NCBI RefSeq assembly: GCF_006345805.1
Contig: NW_021836131.1
Coordinates: 248,001 to 312,000 of the forward strand
Origin: Octopus sinensis
Taxonomy: Eukaryota
DNA: 64,000 nt
Reading direction: 5' to 3'
A program made the position numbers and the translations under genes. How positions within the stretch are numbered: the first letter of the stretch is position 1; every line of letters begins with the position of its first letter. Below, piece after piece: positions 60,601 through 64,000 of the stretch. Under the pieces are notes generated by a model. It saw nothing but the letters and a program-made list of their open reading frames with translations, had not been told where the DNA came from and searched no databases.

Positions 60601-61060
60601 GAAAAATATTCTGTGTTTGAAGCATAGTAATAAAGGAAATTATAGTTAACGTAGAAAACAATGGAAGAGGACTGATTTGTAATATGTTTAAAAATATTCT
60701 CATTCTACTATAATTCTTATAAAACACGGAAAAACTTACAAAATTTCAAATTTCCGTTTGCTTAGCTCAAAAATTATGTAAATTATTATAAATAAATATA
60801 CAAATATCAAGTTATTAAGCTTTAAATTTTGATTTTCTGAGAGCTGAGAATAATCAATAAATCCCTAATAAAAACTCACTCATACATGATGATATCTATT
60901 AAAAAATAGTGTTGTTTGAGCAGAAGGCGGAATAAGTAGGGCAGAAATGCACCCTTTCTTCACTTTAAAGGCTCAATACTCTGTTAAGCAATTATATAGT
61001 TAATTAGTTTTTTTATAATAAAGGATAAATCGTGTTAGTATGAAAATCATGCAACTTTCA

Positions 61061-61353
61061 TCATCGTACATGATTATTTCATTATAATTATCTTCGTGAA
61101 AACGGTCGTCTAAATATAAATTGTGTTTTTCTATCTTACTTCGAGGTCTTTTCCTGGAGATAAATTCGGTATCTAACAATTAAAAAATCAATAAATACTA
61201 GGTTTGTTTATTCGAGGAACACCTGTTTCCTCTCCAGTCTATAAAATTAGTAACTAATTTTCAGACTATCGGATAGAATGCATCATCTTTTGATATATGA
61301 GACTGGTAGGTTTTAAAAATAAAAACACAAATGAATATGGCGAATAAACACAT
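61061..61353 (-). CDS. Micro-exon signal-peptide gene, copy 4
   Basis: Exons 61267-61353 (87), 61199-61238 (40), 61140-61172 (33), 61061-61109; introns 28/26/30 nt; ..KDDAFYPI|TGEETGVPRINKPN|TEFISRKRPRN|DRFHEDNYNE(N)NHVR*. Confidence 0.7.
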
Positions 61354-62920
61354 AATGTATTATTTGAAAAAATTTACTTAAATACCAATGTATGTACTAA
61401 ATTTTGTACTTTAGTTTTCATTTATTTTTAAAGTACTTTTGACATTATTTAGATAAGGTACATTATCGAATAAAAACTAGTTTTTATTGACACACACCAT
61501 ATATATAACAATTAAATTATAGAAGTACTTCTTTTAAAATTGAAAAAAACTAGCAGTTGATTTATTGACTAATTATTGAATTCGTCAATGTCATGAATCG
61601 ATGATTTCAAAACCCAGATTACTGTTCTTATCAAATTTTAGATACTGGATTGAATTTCTAAATATTAATCATAAAATGGTATGGTGGTGTGCGCACCGAC
61701 TTCAAACTAGCAAATTACAGCTGAATTGTAAAAATCCTTTCCTTATAATTAAAAAACATTCATATAAACAGGGTTTCCCAAAGTGGGCGATACAAAATTT
61801 TAAGGTGGCGTTTATGACTAAATCGTTTCTCGTGGTGATATATATTTAAAGGGGGAGATGAAAATTATTTATAAATATTAGATTATATTGATATATTAGA
61901 TTTTAGAATGGAAAGCCTATTTTAAACACTTGTTTTATTTTAATTTGTGTTGGTGTTTTAATGGACCCAAATTTGTCTGTTTGTAGAATAACTCGTCAGT
62001 ATAATATTATGTATATAAATATGGTTTCACTACAACTCCTATTGAAGAAAACGAACTTTTTTTTTGATATGCGAAAGTCGTTTTCTAACGAGGCTGTCAA
62101 GCTTTCTAGATTAAGTCATCATTTAAGAAAGGTTCATATTGGTATTTTATGAAAATATAGGTTTATCCAATTTAATCTAACCAGCCGCTTGAGTTTTTTA
62201 AGGACTACTCACAAAACACAAAAATCAACAGAAATGGGCAAATATATTTACTTTTGATCATAAAATGAATGATGGTGGTCTTATTGCATAATATTGCTTT
62301 ACTCATCGCTAAATCTGGTAAACCCAACACAATTGGCGAAGAACTTCTAATTCCATCAATTCTCGAAGTACTAACTAACAACGGTATGCACCACCTCATC
62401 AGATTATCATTAAGTCGATTCCACTGAGTAACAACACGGTACAGAGACGTATTGGATAGGCGAATATTCCTGAAAATATTCTGTGTTTGAAGCATAGTAA
62501 TAAAGGAAATTATAGTTAACGTAGAAAATGGAAGAGGACTGATTTAATATGTTTAAAAATATTCTCATTCTACTATAATTCTTATAAAACACGGAAAAAC
62601 TTACAAAATTTCAAATTTCCGTTTGCTTAGCTCAAAAATTATGTAATTATTATAAATAAATATACAAATATCAAGTTATTAAGCTTTAAATTTTGATTTT
62701 CTGAGAGCTGAGAAAATCAATAAATCCTATAAAAACTCACTCATACATGATGATATCTATTAAAAATAGTGTTGTTTGAGCAGAAGGCGGAATAAAGTAG
62801 GGCAGAAATGCACCCTTTCTTCACTTTAAAGGCTCAATACTCTGTTAAGCAATTTATAGTTAATTAGTTTTTTTATTAATAAAGGATAAATCGTGTTAGT
62901 ATGAAAATCATGCAACTTCA

Positions 62921-63213
62921 TCATCGTACATGATTATTTTCATTATAATTATCTTCGTGAAAACGGTCGTCTAAATATAAATTGTGTTTTTTCTATCTTA
63001 CTTCGAGGTCTTTTCCTGGAGATAAATCGGTATCTAACAATTAAAAAATCAATAAATACTAGGTTTGTTTATTCGAGGAACACCTGTTTCCTCTCCAGTC
63101 TATAAAATTAGTAACTAATTTCAGACTATCGATAGAATGCATCATCTTTTGATATATGAGACTGGTAGGTTTTAAAAAAATAAAACACAAATGAATATGG
63201 CGAATAAACACAT
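62921..63213 (-). CDS. Micro-exon signal-peptide gene, copy 5
   Basis: Essentially identical to copy 4 apart from 1-nt indels. Confidence 0.6.
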
Positions 63214-64000
63214 AATGTATTATTTGAAAAAATTTACTTAAATACTCCAATGTATGTACTAAATTTTGTACTTTAGTTTTCATTTATTTTTAAAGTACTT
63301 TTGACATTATTTAGATAAGGTACATTATCGAATAAAAAACTAGTTTTTATTGACACACCTGATTATAACAATAAATTATAGAAGTACTTCTTTTAAAATT
63401 GAAAAAAAACTAGCAGTTGATTTATTGACTAATTATTGAATTCGTCAATGTCATGAATCGATGATTTCAAAACCCAGATTACTGTTCTTATCAAATTTTA
63501 GATACTGGATTGAATTTCTAAATATTAATCATAAAATGGTATGGTGTGTGCGCACCGACTTCAAACTAGCAAATTACAGCTGAATTGTAAAAATCCTTTC
63601 CTTATAATTAAAAAACATTCATATAAAACAGGGTTTCCCAAAGTGGGCGATACAAAATTTTAAGGTGGCGTTTATGACTAAATCGTTTACTCGTGGTGAT
63701 ATATATTTAAAGGGGGAGATGAAAATTATTTATAAATATTAGATTATATTGAGATATTAGATTTTTAGAATGGAAAGCCTATTTTAAACACTTGTTTTAT
63801 TTTAATTTGTGTTGGTGTTTTAATGGACCCAAATTTGTCTGTTTGTAGAATAACTCGTCAGTATAATATTATGTATATAAAATATGGTTTCACTACAACT
63901 CCTATTGAAGAAAAACGAACTTTTTGTTTGATATGCGAAAGTCGTTTTCTAACGAGGCTGTCAAGCTTTCTAGATTAAGTCATCATTTAAGAAAGGTTCA

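Larger units (their letters stand above)
58975..64000. repeat. Tandem array of ~1.87-kb composite unit (runs off window end)
   Basis: Marker CAGGGTTTCCCAAAGT at 59895, 61769, 63629; last two units differ mainly by 1-nt indels. Confidence 0.95.

Noticed and set aside
61030-61090. NEIIMY motif in copy 4 matching NEIIKY of the mucin gene
   Set aside because: Only arises in copy 4 through a 1-nt deletion; the other four copies read E(Y/N)xHVx*, so not used as evidence of homology.
1-64000. tRNA, rRNA, snRNA or spliced-leader RNA genes
   Set aside because: None recognised by eye, including at CRE insertion sites; an Rfam/tRNAscan run would be needed to exclude them.

Overview
AT-rich (non-bacterial) eukaryotic nuclear DNA, most likely a highly compacted animal genome: nearly every intron I can place is a 22-36 nt GT-AG mini-intron (a pattern like that reported for dicyemids; taxon is inference). 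Host genes recognised: BAZ1A/ACF1-like, MEPCE/Bin3 (split by a Helitron), a micro-exon mucin-like membrane protein, minimal STX17, POLG, TBCE, WASP, a G-patch protein and SSDP/SSBP2-4. More than half of the window is transposon-derived: an intact RTE LINE with TSD, several CRE-clade RLE retrotransposons (one full length with an N-terminal PHD finger), R4-like remnants, Ginger2, hAT/Charlie, pogo, Tc1/mariner and Helitron, often nested. Scattered 1-nt indels in conserved genes look like long-read consensus errors. The most interesting signal is invisible to the ORF track: a family of five 4-exon micro-exon genes (invariant signal peptide, variable mature peptide) carried in a ~1.87-kb tandemly amplifying composite unit (51-64 kb), plus a CRISPR-looking 53-bp array (14.8-15.3 kb) that is really 27-nt symmetric exons alternating with 26-nt introns in a surface-protein gene.
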